64,000 nucleotides of DNA from Candidatus Omnitrophota bacterium (lineage in GTDB: Bacteria > Omnitrophota > Gorgyraeia > Gorgyraeales > Gorgyraeaceae). Below, piece by piece: positions 49,364 through 59,084 of this stretch (position 1 is the first letter of the stretch; every line of letters begins with the position of its first letter). The position numbers were made by a program, and so were the translations under genes. The notes under the pieces were generated by a model. It saw nothing but the letters and a program-made list of their open reading frames with translations, was not told the DNA's origin and searched no databases. The stretch lies in assembly GCA_041653835.1 (NCBI GenBank), contig JBAZEP010000002.1, forward strand, positions 19,061 through 83,060. The letters run 5' to 3'.

Positions 49364-50379
49364 AAACCCAATTTCTCCTCAAACCCGTACATGATATTCA
49401 TATTCTGCACTGCCTGGCCGCTGGCGCCCTTAACCAGGTTATCAATAGCGGTCATCACCACCGCTAATGACCTTTCAGGGAAAACCTTCACGCCTATGTC
49501 GCAGAAATTCGACCTGACAACGTTTTTAGTGTCAGGCAGCATGCCGTCTTCCAGCACCCTTACAAAATATTCGCCTTTATAAAGCTCCTTATAGATGTCG
49601 AGCGCTTCTTTTGTGTTTATCTTTTTGATGAGTTTCAGGTATATCGTGCTCAATATCCCCCGCTCCATAGGCACCAGGTGCGGCGTAAAATTAACAGCTA
49701 CTTTCGCCCCGCTTAGATTGCTCAGTTCCTGGTCTATCTCGGGCATGTGCCTGTGAAAATTCACCTTGTACGGCCTGAAACTATTGACCGCTATTTCAGT
49801 AAACATCAACGGCTGGCTGGGCGTCCTGCCCGCCCCGCTTACACCTGATTTGGAATCACAGATAATGCATTCCGTGCCGGCTATCTTCTTCTTCAATAAA
49901 GGCGCGCACCCTAAAATAATACTGGTAGGATAACACCCGGGATTGGCTATAAGGTCCGCACCCTTGACCTCTTTCCTGTAAAGTTCCGGCAGGCCGTATA
50001 TTGCTTTATCCAGGTACTCTGGGCACTCGTGTTTTATCTCATACCATTTTTCATATACGGCTTTATCCTTGAGCCTGAAATCGGCGCTCAGGTCTATTAC
50101 CTTTTTTCCATGTTTTAAAAGCACAGGCGCGAAATCCATCGATATCTTGTGTGGCAGCGCGAGAAACACGACATCTGTTTTTTCAGCTACTTCTTCCGCG
50201 GACATATCATAAACATCCAGGTCGAGCATTGCCCTTGACCATGGGTATAGTTTCGACATGTGGGTTTTTTCGATCTTCGCGGCAAGCGCCGTAATTTTCA
50301 CTTCAGGATGGCCTAATAATATCCTTATAAGCTCTTCTCCCGCGAATCCGCTGGCGCCCATTATCCCGGCTTTTAACAT
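49360..50379 (-). CDS. argC: N-acetyl-gamma-glutamyl-phosphate reductase ArgC
   Basis: Catalytic Cys region (GCYPTS), Rossmann N-terminus. Confidence 0.9.
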   Translation of the reverse strand: MLKAGIMGASGFAGEELIRILLGHPEVKITALAAKIEKTHMSKLYPWSRAMLDLDVYDMSAEEVAEKTDVVFLALPHKISMDFAPVLLKHGKKVIDLSADFRLKDKAVYEKWYEIKHECPEYLDKAIYGLPELYRKEVKGADLIANPGCYPTSIILGCAPLLKKKIAGTECIICDSKSGVSGAGRTPSQPLMFTEIAVNSFRPYKVNFHRHMPEIDQELSNLSGAKVAVNFTPHLVPMERGILSTIYLKLIKKINTKEALDIYKELYKGEYFVRVLEDGMLPDTKNVVRSNFCDIGVKVFPERSLAVVMTAIDNLVKGASGQAVQNMNIMYGFEEKLGL

Positions 50380-50411
50380 AGCTTTCCTCCACTTGTGTAT
50401 AATACTAAAAT

Positions 50412-50471
50412 TATAAACAAAAACGCCTATCCTGTCAATTGATTTCTCGTCGGAAAATGACCGGATAGGCG
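50412..50471 (-). terminator. Intrinsic terminator after rpsI (minus strand)
   Basis: acgcctatcc ... ggataggcgt 10 bp stem (30 nt loop) followed on the minus strand by TTTTTGTTTATAATTTT. Confidence 0.55.
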
Positions 50472-50529
50472 TCTATGTTTATCCGGCTCCGCGTACCGCC
50501 GCAAGCGGCCCGCAAAGCCGATTATTGTT

Positions 50530-50925
50530 TTACCTCTTAGTCCACTGGAATCTCTTGCGGGCCCCTTTCTGGCCGTACTTCTTTCTTTCCCTCTTTCTCG
50601 GATCTCTTGTGAGAAAGCCCTTTTTTCTTAATAAAACCCTCATCTCTTCGCTCGTGAGCGCTATTGCCCTGGAGATCCCGTGCCTTAACGCGCCTGCCTG
50701 GCCGGATTTACCTCCGCCTACGACAGTCGCTATTATATTATATTTATTCCCGATGTTCGCGGCTTGTATAGGCTGCATGATGATCATTTTAAGCGTAGGC
50801 CTTTCAAAATATTCCTCAAGAGGTTTTTTGTTGATCACTATCTCACCGGTCCCGGCTAATAACCGGACGCGGGCAATAGCCCGTTTACGCCTTCCTGTAG
50901 CCCATATCACATTCTCTGCTGTCAT
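50530..50925 (-). CDS. rpsI: 30S ribosomal protein S9
   Basis: GGGKSGQAGALRHGISRA and C-terminal RKKYGQKGARKRFQWTKR. Confidence 0.93.
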   Translation of the reverse strand: MTAENVIWATGRRKRAIARVRLLAGTGEIVINKKPLEEYFERPTLKMIIMQPIQAANIGNKYNIIATVVGGGKSGQAGALRHGISRAIALTSEEMRVLLRKKGFLTRDPRKRERKKYGQKGARKRFQWTKR

Positions 50926-50933
50926 CTAATCCC

Positions 50934-51359
50934 TCACTTAACCTGTTCCGGCTTCTGAGCGATGTGCGGATGCTCAGGACCCGCGTAAATTTTTAATCTG
51001 GTGATCATCCTGGAACCCAGCCTGTTCTTCGGAAGCATGCCTTTGATCGCGTGCCTGATAACTTCGGTAGGCCGCGTCTTCAGCGCCCTGTCCAGGGTCT
51101 TTATCTTCAGCCCTCCGGGATAACCGGAAAAGCTCGTATATGTCTTTGCCTGCAGTTTATCCCCTGTCACGGCTATCTTTACCGCGTTGACGATAACCAC
51201 AAAATCCCCGTTATCCACATTAGAGGTATAGCTTACCTTGCGTTTTCCGCTCAAAAGTAAAGCCGCTTTTACCGCAAGCCTGCCGAGTATCTGATTTTCG
51301 GCGTCTATAAGGTAATGTTTCCTGTCTATTTCTTTTTTTGTTATTAAACTTGTCTTCAT
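50934..51359 (-). CDS. rplM: 50S ribosomal protein L13
   Basis: Typical L13 N-terminus (KHYLIDAENQILGRLA), 141 aa. Confidence 0.93.
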   Translation of the reverse strand: MKTSLITKKEIDRKHYLIDAENQILGRLAVKAALLLSGKRKVSYTSNVDNGDFVVIVNAVKIAVTGDKLQAKTYTSFSGYPGGLKIKTLDRALKTRPTEVIRHAIKGMLPKNRLGSRMITRLKIYAGPEHPHIAQKPEQVK

Positions 51360-51382
51360 ATTTTACTCCGCAAGAAGTTTAA

Positions 51383-51410
51383 ATTGTACCATAAAACCCG
51401 GTATTGTCAA
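51383..51410 (-). promoter_or_regulatory. Sigma-70-type promoter for rplM-rpsI (TTGACA-16-TACAAT)
   Basis: Minus-strand read gcTTGACAataccgggttttatggTACAATttaaacttcttgcGGAGtaaaatATG. Confidence 0.55.
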
Positions 51411-51518
51411 GCAAAAAAATGCCTGCTGGCGGTTATTTTTTGATTGATGCCGCAAAGACTTTTGCGGCGCAAGCAAAAAAATGCCTGCTGGCGGTTATTT
51501 TTTGATTGATGCCGCAAA
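51409..51518. repeat. Tandem direct duplication (2 x 48 bp units, 62 bp period) spanning the 3' end of the aldolase-like gene
   Basis: aagcaaaaaaatgcctgctggcggttattttttgattgatgccgcaaa occurs at 51409-51456 and 51471-51518 separated by gacttttgcggcgc. Confidence 0.85.
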
Positions 51519-52085
51519 AGCTTTTATGGCTGTTACGCCCGCGTCTTTGAGGGTTTTGCCCATGGAAATAAATCCATGGCCTTTCATTATTACAAATTCC
51601 CTGTTTCCCAACGCTTTCAGGACGCTTTTTATCAGTTTTAAGGTGCCATAAGGTTCTTTTTTGGCGGTCTGGCAGAATTTCAGCCTCGCGGCGGAACATA
51701 AAATCTCTTCGCAATGGCCGTGGAAGATCGCGTTCACATCCTTCCTTTTATGATAAATGGCGAAATGAAGCATGCTTTCCGAAGAAGGCTCTTTCAGCCC
51801 ATGCGAATATACTATGTTTTTGTCGAAGTCAACGCCCGAGACCCTTACAAAATTTCTATTAGACAGACACTTCTTAAGGCCTATCCTTGAACCTGTTATT
51901 ATAAACTCGTCGCTTCCTTTTTTTACCCTGAAACTGAGATTTCCGTAAGAACCGCCTTCATAAGGAGGCGCCAGGTTATAGTCATGGAATTTTTCGCACC
52001 AGTATTTCAACTTTTTGATCCTGGCGTCTTTTGGAGGACTATCGCTAAGCCTGATTATTTTGAATTTTACGCCCGCGTACGCCAT
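51495..52085 (-). CDS. Class II aldolase/adducin family protein
   Basis: SSESMLHFAIYHKRKDVNAIFHGH matches the class II aldolase motif (sSE..lH..iy..v.AvvHtH). Confidence 0.6.
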   Translation of the reverse strand: MAYAGVKFKIIRLSDSPPKDARIKKLKYWCEKFHDYNLAPPYEGGSYGNLSFRVKKGSDEFIITGSRIGLKKCLSNRNFVRVSGVDFDKNIVYSHGLKEPSSESMLHFAIYHKRKDVNAIFHGHCEEILCSAARLKFCQTAKKEPYGTLKLIKSVLKALGNREFVIMKGHGFISMGKTLKDAGVTAIKAFAASIKK

Positions 52086-52492
52086 TATTTCTCCTGCTCC
52101 TGCGCCACTATCAAAGGATAATACCTTACCACCTCATTATTTAATAAAACCTCCACCTGGTATTTCCCGGGTTCGCGGAATACGATATTCACGAATTTCG
52201 ATATTACGGTATGGCTGGAGTCTATGCCTTTGAGTTCGAAGTTTACTTCCCTTGTATCAACGATTATCTTGTTGTCCTTTGAGTTTATGATCCTTGTCTT
52301 TTCCGTGAAACTTCCCATGCCTTTGATCCAGCGGTTGGCGATAAAAAGCTCGTGATGGGTCGCCGGGAAAGTCCGCGCGCCTATCACCTCAAATATGCCT
52401 ATAAACATCATCTTGCCGTTGTCTTCCCTGCGTATACTGTCGCACACTATAGAAAACTGCAGATCCGGTTTTATCAAGCTGTCTTTATCCAT
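52085..52492 (-). CDS. Hypothetical protein (135 aa)
   Basis: ORF with start overlapping the upstream gene stop; no recognised motif. Confidence 0.45.
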   Translation of the reverse strand: MDKDSLIKPDLQFSIVCDSIRREDNGKMMFIGIFEVIGARTFPATHHELFIANRWIKGMGSFTEKTRIINSKDNKIIVDTREVNFELKGIDSSHTVISKFVNIVFREPGKYQVEVLLNNEVVRYYPLIVAQEQEK

Positions 52493-52505
52493 ATTCTCCC
52501 CTCTC

Positions 52506-53411
52506 TCACCATTTAAAGGCTATGCCGCCGCCTATGAAACGTTCGCCTTCTTTAAATACCGATTCTATATAAGCCATGCCGCTATTGCCCGGCATCTCTT
52601 TTGTGAATTTCAGGGACAAGCCGCCCCTTTCGATATCCGATGTTTCCAGGATAAGTTCTTTACCCTTGCCCATCTTCAACCTGCCTGAAAAAATAATTCT
52701 TCTGCGCGGTTTCTTCGTTATGCCGGACAGTTTTATGCCTATATCAAAAACCGCGTAAACATCTTTTCCTTTAGGGGCCAGTGCCCCGAAACTTGCTGTA
52801 AAATTGAACCCGGAGCCGGTTTTCCTGTCCAGGATATAATTCAGTTTATATTTATCCGCTATGTCCCATTTGCCTTTGAATGTAATGACCTCGGAAGAAC
52901 CGGCGCGGCTGTAAGTAATCTCATTATTTTTGTTTATCTTCCACGCTCCGGATAAGGTCAGGATGTCCGTATCCCTCAAGCCCCTTTCGATCCCGAAAGT
53001 AAGCCTGTTCTGTTTATCCGCCTGCCAGGAACCGTAAAGCCTTAACGTGTAAGTCAGACTTTTATTTTTACCTGCCCTGGAATTCACCAGCAGGCCTATT
53101 TCATTACTCTCCGCGGATATCAGTTTAGTCTTTAAGGTAAGCCTGTTTCCCTCGCATTGGTTGTTCCATTTATTCAGGGTAAAGACCAGGTTGTGACGCT
53201 TGTCCAAAGAATATCTGCCTGAAAATTTTATCTTCTGCGGCGCATCTATGCCGGAGGACTTATTGACCTCGTAAAAAAGGTTATTATTCCCGTCTGTCCT
53301 GAATTTCCCGTAAATCACACGGCGGAATTTCTTCACCCGCGAACCCCTGCCCGGCTGATTCCGCGCTATAAGTCTGTTAAACGGGTCTATCTCGTAAAAA
53401 ACCTTTTCCAT
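52506..53411 (-). CDS. Hypothetical beta-rich protein (301 aa) ending in aromatic residues (AFKW)
   Basis: Alternating polar/hydrophobic repeats (LTYTLRLYGSW, ITYSRAGSSEVITFKGKW), no signal peptide seen. Confidence 0.5.
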   Translation of the reverse strand: MEKVFYEIDPFNRLIARNQPGRGSRVKKFRRVIYGKFRTDGNNNLFYEVNKSSGIDAPQKIKFSGRYSLDKRHNLVFTLNKWNNQCEGNRLTLKTKLISAESNEIGLLVNSRAGKNKSLTYTLRLYGSWQADKQNRLTFGIERGLRDTDILTLSGAWKINKNNEITYSRAGSSEVITFKGKWDIADKYKLNYILDRKTGSGFNFTASFGALAPKGKDVYAVFDIGIKLSGITKKPRRRIIFSGRLKMGKGKELILETSDIERGGLSLKFTKEMPGNSGMAYIESVFKEGERFIGGGIAFKW

Positions 53412-53423
53412 CTCTCCGCCTTC

Positions 53424-53464
53424 CCCAAACCCGCATTGGGGATTTTCCTCAATGCGGGTTTGGG
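53424..53464. promoter_or_regulatory. Intercistronic GC-rich hairpin (14 bp perfect stem) without U-tract
   Basis: ccaaacccgcattg-gggattttcctc-caatgcgggtttgg. Confidence 0.5.
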
Positions 53465-53469
53465 ATAAT

Positions 53470-54018
53470 TCAGAGCAAAGAAGCGGTTATACCGCCGAGG
53501 ACAGCCGTGTCTTCGGTCGGGAATATATACATTATCTCGGGATTAAAGAGCATATTACAATCCGCCGGGAACTCTTCGTCCTTTGCCCATAATATGACCG
53601 CTACTTTTACCTTCTGGAACGCGTTTATCGATATGGCGGCGCTGCCTTGGTCTATCCTCTCCGCGTTAAAAGCCGCGGCGCGGTCGAATATAGCTAAGGG
53701 TCTATCGCCATATTTTCTCAAGACCGGATTTATCGCCCTCTTTTTGAAAGCCGGAAAATACGTTTCCCCGCCTTCGAGTTCCTTGAAAGATATCCAGGCG
53801 TCACCGGCTGATTTCGATACCTTATTTTCATTGGCAAGATAATGCAGTATCAGTAATTTATAATGATCCTTGGCGGGCGCGTTGCATGACATGGAAACAA
53901 TATTCCTGCCGACATAATCTACTTCGTATTCATCATTGAAAAATTTTAAATATTTATCTTTTATCCCGTTTTCAAGTACCGATTCCCATGCTTTTTGTAA
54001 GGCCGCCTCATATCCCAT
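53470..54018 (-). CDS. Hypothetical protein (182 aa)
   Basis: ORF overlaps the truA stop by 11 nt; no recognised motif. Confidence 0.5.
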   Translation of the reverse strand: MGYEAALQKAWESVLENGIKDKYLKFFNDEYEVDYVGRNIVSMSCNAPAKDHYKLLILHYLANENKVSKSAGDAWISFKELEGGETYFPAFKKRAINPVLRKYGDRPLAIFDRAAAFNAERIDQGSAAISINAFQKVKVAVILWAKDEEFPADCNMLFNPEIMYIFPTEDTAVLGGITASLL

Positions 54019-54760
54019 AGAACACTTTTTCCAAACACAGCCCCTTGGCAGGCGCTGTCTGTCCCGCCGAAGACCTGTGTTTTTTGTCCAGTATCTCTTT
54101 TACTGTTCCCGGTTTAAACCTGCCCCTTCCAACTTCCATCAAAGTCCCTGCTATATTACGGACCATATTATATAAAAATCCGTCCGCCTGGACATATATC
54201 TCCACGACCGGAGGGTTTGATATAATTTCTATTTTCTTGACGGTCCTTACCGAATTCTTCTCTTTCTTGCCGGCTGTCTGGAACGATTTGAAATCCTTCC
54301 TGCCTATGAGGCATTTCGCCGCCTTTCTCATCGCTGGGATGTCAAGATAATAGGAATAATAAGCCGCGTGCCTCTCGAGCAAAGGTGAACGCGATTTCCT
54401 GTTGACTATGGTATATTTATATAACTTTCCTTTGGAATCGAACCTGGAATGAAACTTGAGCGGGACATATTCCGCCGAGATTATCGAGATCCGGCGCGGC
54501 AAAAACCTGTTCAAACCATTCTTGATATTTTCCGGATTGAGTTTTGAATTTGTCCTGAAATTCGCGGCCTGCGCCCTGGCGTGGACTCCGCTGTCCGTCC
54601 TTGAAGCCCCTGTGAGGGAAATTTTTTTCCCCAGGAGTTTTTTTGCCGCCTTTTCTATCTCTTCCTGGACAGTTTTTAATTTTTTACCAGCGCTTCCCTG
54701 CGACTGCCAGCCGTTGAAACCAAGGCCTTCGTATTCGATTATCAGTCTGATATTACGCAT
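54008..54760 (-). CDS. truA: tRNA pseudouridine(38-40) synthase TruA
   Basis: GASRTDSGVHA catalytic-Asp motif. Confidence 0.9.
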   Translation of the reverse strand: MRNIRLIIEYEGLGFNGWQSQGSAGKKLKTVQEEIEKAAKKLLGKKISLTGASRTDSGVHARAQAANFRTNSKLNPENIKNGLNRFLPRRISIISAEYVPLKFHSRFDSKGKLYKYTIVNRKSRSPLLERHAAYYSYYLDIPAMRKAAKCLIGRKDFKSFQTAGKKEKNSVRTVKKIEIISNPPVVEIYVQADGFLYNMVRNIAGTLMEVGRGRFKPGTVKEILDKKHRSSAGQTAPAKGLCLEKVFYGI

Positions 54761-55764
54761 TCTGCTATCTGTACGGCATTAGTAGCCGCGCCTTTGCGCA
54801 AGTTATCAGCCACCACCCAAAGCCATAACCCGTTTTTCACAAAGGGGTCTTTTCTCACACGGCCCACAAAGACCTCGTCCTTGCCTTCCGCGTCTTTCGG
54901 CATGGGGTACAGATTGTTCTGCGGATCGTCCGCGAGTATTATACCGTCGGATTTTGAAAGGATACTCTTTACCTCTTCGGGAGAGATATTTTTATCAGTC
55001 TCTATGTAAATAGATTCGGAATGCCCTGTCCTCACAGGCACCCTGACAGTAGTCGCGGAAATATTTATCTTATCGTCGTGCATTATCTTATGCGTCTCTT
55101 TTACCAGTTTCCATTCTTCGCTGGTATAATCCGAATCGCTGAACCCGCCGATCTGGGGAAAAACATTATACGCCAGCTGTTGAGGCATCGCCTTGATCTC
55201 AGATTTTACCAGCACGTTCCCATATCCGGCCTGGGCGATCTTCGAATTCTCCTCTTTCAATTGTTCGACAGCGGCCTTACCCGCGCCGGATGAAGCCTGC
55301 AGGGTAGTTACTATTATCCTGGATAAACCCGCTTTTTTATATATGGGCCACAGCGCCGCCACCATCTGTATGGTGGAACAATTCGGATTAGCTATTATGC
55401 CTTTATGCTTTTTTACGTCTTTGGCATTGACCTCGGGCACCACAAGCGGCACTTTAGGGTCCATCCTGAAATCCGCGCCGTTATCTATAACAACCGCGCC
55501 TCTCTTCACCGCTTCATCGGCAAAAGTAACTGCCGCGCCTTTTTCCCCTTCTGTCCCCGCGAAGAGGGCGATATCCACTCCCTCAAAAGCGTCTCCCGAG
55601 ATCGCCCGGACAGGATATGCGATACCGTCCACGTTTATATTCCTGGCGGAGCGCGCCAATACGCTCAATTTTCCGACAGGGAAATTCCTCTGCTTTAGAA
55701 CCCTGAGCATTTCTATGCCTACAACCCCTACTCCCACAACCGCTACATTATATTTTTTATTCAT
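54742..55764 (-). CDS. asd: Aspartate-semialdehyde dehydrogenase; start at MNKKYNVAVVG (ATG 55764) rather than the GTG at 55800
   Basis: NAD-binding VAVVGVGVVG, catalytic Cys region (NPNCSTI). Confidence 0.88.
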   Translation of the reverse strand: MNKKYNVAVVGVGVVGIEMLRVLKQRNFPVGKLSVLARSARNINVDGIAYPVRAISGDAFEGVDIALFAGTEGEKGAAVTFADEAVKRGAVVIDNGADFRMDPKVPLVVPEVNAKDVKKHKGIIANPNCSTIQMVAALWPIYKKAGLSRIIVTTLQASSGAGKAAVEQLKEENSKIAQAGYGNVLVKSEIKAMPQQLAYNVFPQIGGFSDSDYTSEEWKLVKETHKIMHDDKINISATTVRVPVRTGHSESIYIETDKNISPEEVKSILSKSDGIILADDPQNNLYPMPKDAEGKDEVFVGRVRKDPFVKNGLWLWVVADNLRKGAATNAVQIAECVISD

Positions 55765-55780
55765 ACGTCGCCTTATTAAT

Positions 55781-55819
55781 CTAATGTTACATTTTGACAC
55801 TGTCAGAGTGTAACATTAG
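55781..55819. repeat. REP-like intercistronic palindrome (ctaatgttacatttTGACAcTGTCAgagtgtaacattag)
   Basis: Inverted arms around TGACA-c-TGTCA between the leuB stop and the asd start. Confidence 0.6.
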
Positions 55820-55825
55820 TCAGTG

Positions 55826-56902
55826 TTACAGATTTTTTACTACCAGGTCGCCTATTTCCGTAGTCGAATATCCCATTTTCCCGGCAGCGAGTGATTTTAA
55901 TTTTGTCTTCACTATTTTTATGACCGCGGCTTCTACCTGTTTCGCGGCATTGTCCTCTCCCAGATTTTCCAGCAGCATGCCCACCGCGCATATAGCCGCG
56001 AGAGGATTGATCGCATTCTTGCCGGTATATTTAGGAGCGGAGCCGCCTATTGGCTCGAACATCGAAACGCCCTCGGGATTTATATTGCCGCCGGCAGCTA
56101 TGCCCATGCCGCCCTGGATCATCGCGCCCAGGTCAGTAATGATATCGCCGAATATATTATCCGTGACTATCACGTCGAACCATTCCGGGTTTTTCACAAA
56201 CCACATCGTGGTGGCGTCCACATGCGCGTAGTCCGTGGTTATATCCTTGTATTCCCCTGCCACTTCGTTGAATGTCCTCTGCCAGAGGTCCCACGCGAAT
56301 GTAAGGACATTGGTTTTTCCGCAAAGCGTCAGTTTCTTATCTTTATTCCTTTTTCTCGTGTATTCAAACGCGTATCTGATACAGCGCTCAACGCCCTTTC
56401 TCGTATTATGGGATATCTGGAGCGCCACCTCGTCCTTGGCGCCCTTATTCTGGAACTCGCCTAATCCTTTATAAAGGCCTTCCGAGTTTTCTCTCACTAC
56501 CACAAAATCGATATCCTCGGGCTTTTTGTCCTTCAAAGGGCAGAACTTCTCGTTATAAAGCTTCACAGGCCTGAGATTGATATACTGGTCAAGCGAAAAC
56601 CTGAGTTTCAAAAGAATGCCCTGCTCCAATATGCCGGGTTTTACATCAGGATGCCCTATAGCGCCTAAATATATCGCGTCCATCTTAGTCAATTCTTTTA
56701 AAACAGAATCAGGCACAAGCTCCCCTGTTTTCAGGTACCTTGCGCCGCCAAGGTCATAATCTATGGTCTCGTATTTAAAACCTGTTTTTTTACTTACAGC
56801 CTCCAAAACCTTCAGGCCCTCCCTGACAACCTCCGGCCCTGTTCCGTCCCCTCCTATTACCGCTATTTTCCGCATTTCTTTGCACCTTTCTTTTTTATCC
56901 AT
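55826..56902 (-). CDS. leuB: 3-isopropylmalate dehydrogenase LeuB
   Basis: IAVIGGDGTGPEV and NIFGDIITDLGA... motifs. Confidence 0.9.
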   Translation of the reverse strand: MDKKERCKEMRKIAVIGGDGTGPEVVREGLKVLEAVSKKTGFKYETIDYDLGGARYLKTGELVPDSVLKELTKMDAIYLGAIGHPDVKPGILEQGILLKLRFSLDQYINLRPVKLYNEKFCPLKDKKPEDIDFVVVRENSEGLYKGLGEFQNKGAKDEVALQISHNTRKGVERCIRYAFEYTRKRNKDKKLTLCGKTNVLTFAWDLWQRTFNEVAGEYKDITTDYAHVDATTMWFVKNPEWFDVIVTDNIFGDIITDLGAMIQGGMGIAAGGNINPEGVSMFEPIGGSAPKYTGKNAINPLAAICAVGMLLENLGEDNAAKQVEAAVIKIVKTKLKSLAAGKMGYSTTEIGDLVVKNL

Positions 56903-57366
56903 TTTAAAAGTCCGCCCGAGTGGATGATTTCTTGTATAAACCTCGGGAGCGGCTTCGCTTTATACTCCTTATGCTCTGTCAGGTCAAGGACAGTGCCGTT
57001 CGCCAGCTCCACTTCCAGGTAATCACCTTCCTTTATACCGCTTATATCTTTTATCTCCAATATAGGCAGCCCCATATTTATCGAATTCCTCAGGAATATC
57101 CTGGCGAAACTTTCCGCGATGACGCACGAGATACCTGCGCCCTTTATCGAAATCTGCGCGTGTTCCCTGGAAGAACCGCACCCGAAATTCCTGCCTCCCA
57201 CTATTATGTCCCCCTGGGAGATCTTTTTTGAAAACTCAGGGTCAATATCCTCCATGCAGTGGCTTCCTAGTTCTTTGGGATCGGTCGTGTTAAGATACCT
57301 CGCGGGTATTATCTCGTCCGTATTTACGTCGTCTTTGAATCTCCAGACTTTGCCTTTGAATTTCAT
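56863..57366 (-). CDS. leuD: 3-isopropylmalate dehydratase small subunit LeuD
   Basis: 167 aa aconitase swivel domain, GGRNFGCGSSREHA. Confidence 0.88.
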   Translation of the reverse strand: MKFKGKVWRFKDDVNTDEIIPARYLNTTDPKELGSHCMEDIDPEFSKKISQGDIIVGGRNFGCGSSREHAQISIKGAGISCVIAESFARIFLRNSINMGLPILEIKDISGIKEGDYLEVELANGTVLDLTEHKEYKAKPLPRFIQEIIHSGGLLKWIKKKGAKKCGK

Positions 57367-57368
57367 CG

Positions 57369-58631
57369 TTAAACTTCCTCCGGATGAGCGATCCTGCCTT
57401 TTATCGCGCTCGCGGCCGCGACCGCCGGATTAGACAGGTAAACCTCACTGTCAGGGTGGCCCATCCTGCCCCTGAAATTCCTGTTAGTGGTGGCGATAGC
57501 CCTTTCTCCGCTCGCCAGTATCCCCAGATGCCCGCCAAGACACGGCCCGCAGCTCGGTGTTGAAAATACTCCGCCTGCCTTCAGGAAAATATCCGCCAGT
57601 CCTTCTTTGATAGCCTGGTTATATATTTTCTGGGTAGCTGGGAGTATTACCAGCCTCACGTTCGAATTCACTTTTTTGCCTTTTAAAACTCCGGCGGCGA
57701 TCCTGAGGTCGGAGATCCTGCCGTTTGTGCACGAGCCTATGACCGACTGGTCTATCTTTATCTTTTTGAATTTACTCACAGGGCCGGAATTGCTCGGCAG
57801 ATGCGGGGCTGAAACCTGCGGTTCGATTTTAGCCGCGTCATACTCTATTACCTTATGATATTTGGCGGATTCGTCGCTTTTATAAAACACGCCTTTTACC
57901 TTCCTGCCTTCGCTCGTAATATACTTTTTCGTTATAGCGTCCGGCTCTATGATGCCTGATTTCCCGCCCGCCTCGATCGCCATATTGCACATCGAGAATC
58001 TATCGTCCATGGGAAGCGCCTTTATTGTCTCGCCTGTAAATTCCATTGCCATATACAGCGCGCCGTCCACCCCGATATCTCCTATGGTATGTAAAATCAA
58101 ATCTTTTCCGCCAACCCATTTTTTTAATTTCCCGCTATACACAAATTTTATAGTTTCGGGTACTTTAAGCCATACGCATCCTGTTATAAACCCGGCTGCC
58201 AGGTCTGTCGAGCCGACGCCTGTCGAAAACGCGCCCAGGGCGCCGTACGTGCAGGTGTGCGAATCCGCGCCTATTATCAAATCCCCTGGCCCAACAAGCC
58301 CTTTCTCGGGTAAAAGCGCGTGCTCCACGCCCATCCTGCCGACTTCGAAATAGTTTATTATCTTATGCTTAGCCGCGAAATCACGCAGTATCCCGGCCTG
58401 CTCCGCGCTCTTCTTGTCCTTCGCCGGAGTAAAGTGGTCAGGCACAAGCGCTATTCTGCGCCTGTCAAATACCTTTTTAGCGCCTATTGCCTCGAACTCC
58501 TGTATCGCGATAGGCGCGGTAATATCATTTCCCAGCGCCAGGTCTATTTTCGCGTAAATAAACTCCCCGGCTGCGATAGTTTTCTTGTCCATATGTGCCA
58601 GCAATATCTTTTCGGTAATAGTATATGCCAT
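57369..58631 (-). CDS. leuC: 3-isopropylmalate dehydratase large subunit LeuC
   Basis: Aconitase family Fe-S cysteines (GSCTNGR, CGPCLG). Confidence 0.9.
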   Translation of the reverse strand: MAYTITEKILLAHMDKKTIAAGEFIYAKIDLALGNDITAPIAIQEFEAIGAKKVFDRRRIALVPDHFTPAKDKKSAEQAGILRDFAAKHKIINYFEVGRMGVEHALLPEKGLVGPGDLIIGADSHTCTYGALGAFSTGVGSTDLAAGFITGCVWLKVPETIKFVYSGKLKKWVGGKDLILHTIGDIGVDGALYMAMEFTGETIKALPMDDRFSMCNMAIEAGGKSGIIEPDAITKKYITSEGRKVKGVFYKSDESAKYHKVIEYDAAKIEPQVSAPHLPSNSGPVSKFKKIKIDQSVIGSCTNGRISDLRIAAGVLKGKKVNSNVRLVILPATQKIYNQAIKEGLADIFLKAGGVFSTPSCGPCLGGHLGILASGERAIATTNRNFRGRMGHPDSEVYLSNPAVAAASAIKGRIAHPEEV

Positions 58632-58634
58632 ATT

Positions 58635-59084
58635 TTAAATATCCAATGCCAGCGCGTTTTCCGCGCAATCCGGGAATTTTATGCACTTGATACATTCCGA
58701 CCATATCTTGTGCGGCAGTTGAGCGTGCTCTATCCTTTTGAATCCCAGTTTTTCAAAAAATGACGGTACGTATGTTAAAGCGAAAACCCTTTTTACCTTC
58801 AGTTCCTTCGCGTCTTTCAGGGCCTGTTTCACAAGCATTGCCCCTATACCTTTTTTCTGTTTATCCTCTTCCACGGCAAGCGATTTTATCTCCGCGAGGT
58901 CCTCCCACGTAACATGCAGCGCGCAACACCCCGCGATTTTTTTGCTTTTCTCATACACGTAAAAATCCCTGATATTCTCGTAAAGCTCGTTCAGCGACCT
59001 GGGCAGCATCCTGTCCTGCTTGGCGTAGAAATTTATGAGCTCCTGTATATCCTTTATATCTTCTATCGTGGCTTTCCTGATCAT
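58635..59084 (-). CDS. GNAT family N-acetyltransferase
   Basis: Acetyl-CoA binding motif (QKKGIGAMLVKQAL). Confidence 0.7.
   Translation of the reverse strand: MIRKATIEDIKDIQELINFYAKQDRMLPRSLNELYENIRDFYVYEKSKKIAGCCALHVTWEDLAEIKSLAVEEDKQKKGIGAMLVKQALKDAKELKVKRVFALTYVPSFFEKLGFKRIEHAQLPHKIWSECIKCIKFPDCAENALALDI

Noticed and set aside
51433-51714. ORF 51433..51714 (93 aa) as a gene
   Set aside because: It overlaps the aldolase-like gene out of frame. Its C-terminus (AASIKK) is created by the 62 bp tandem duplication.
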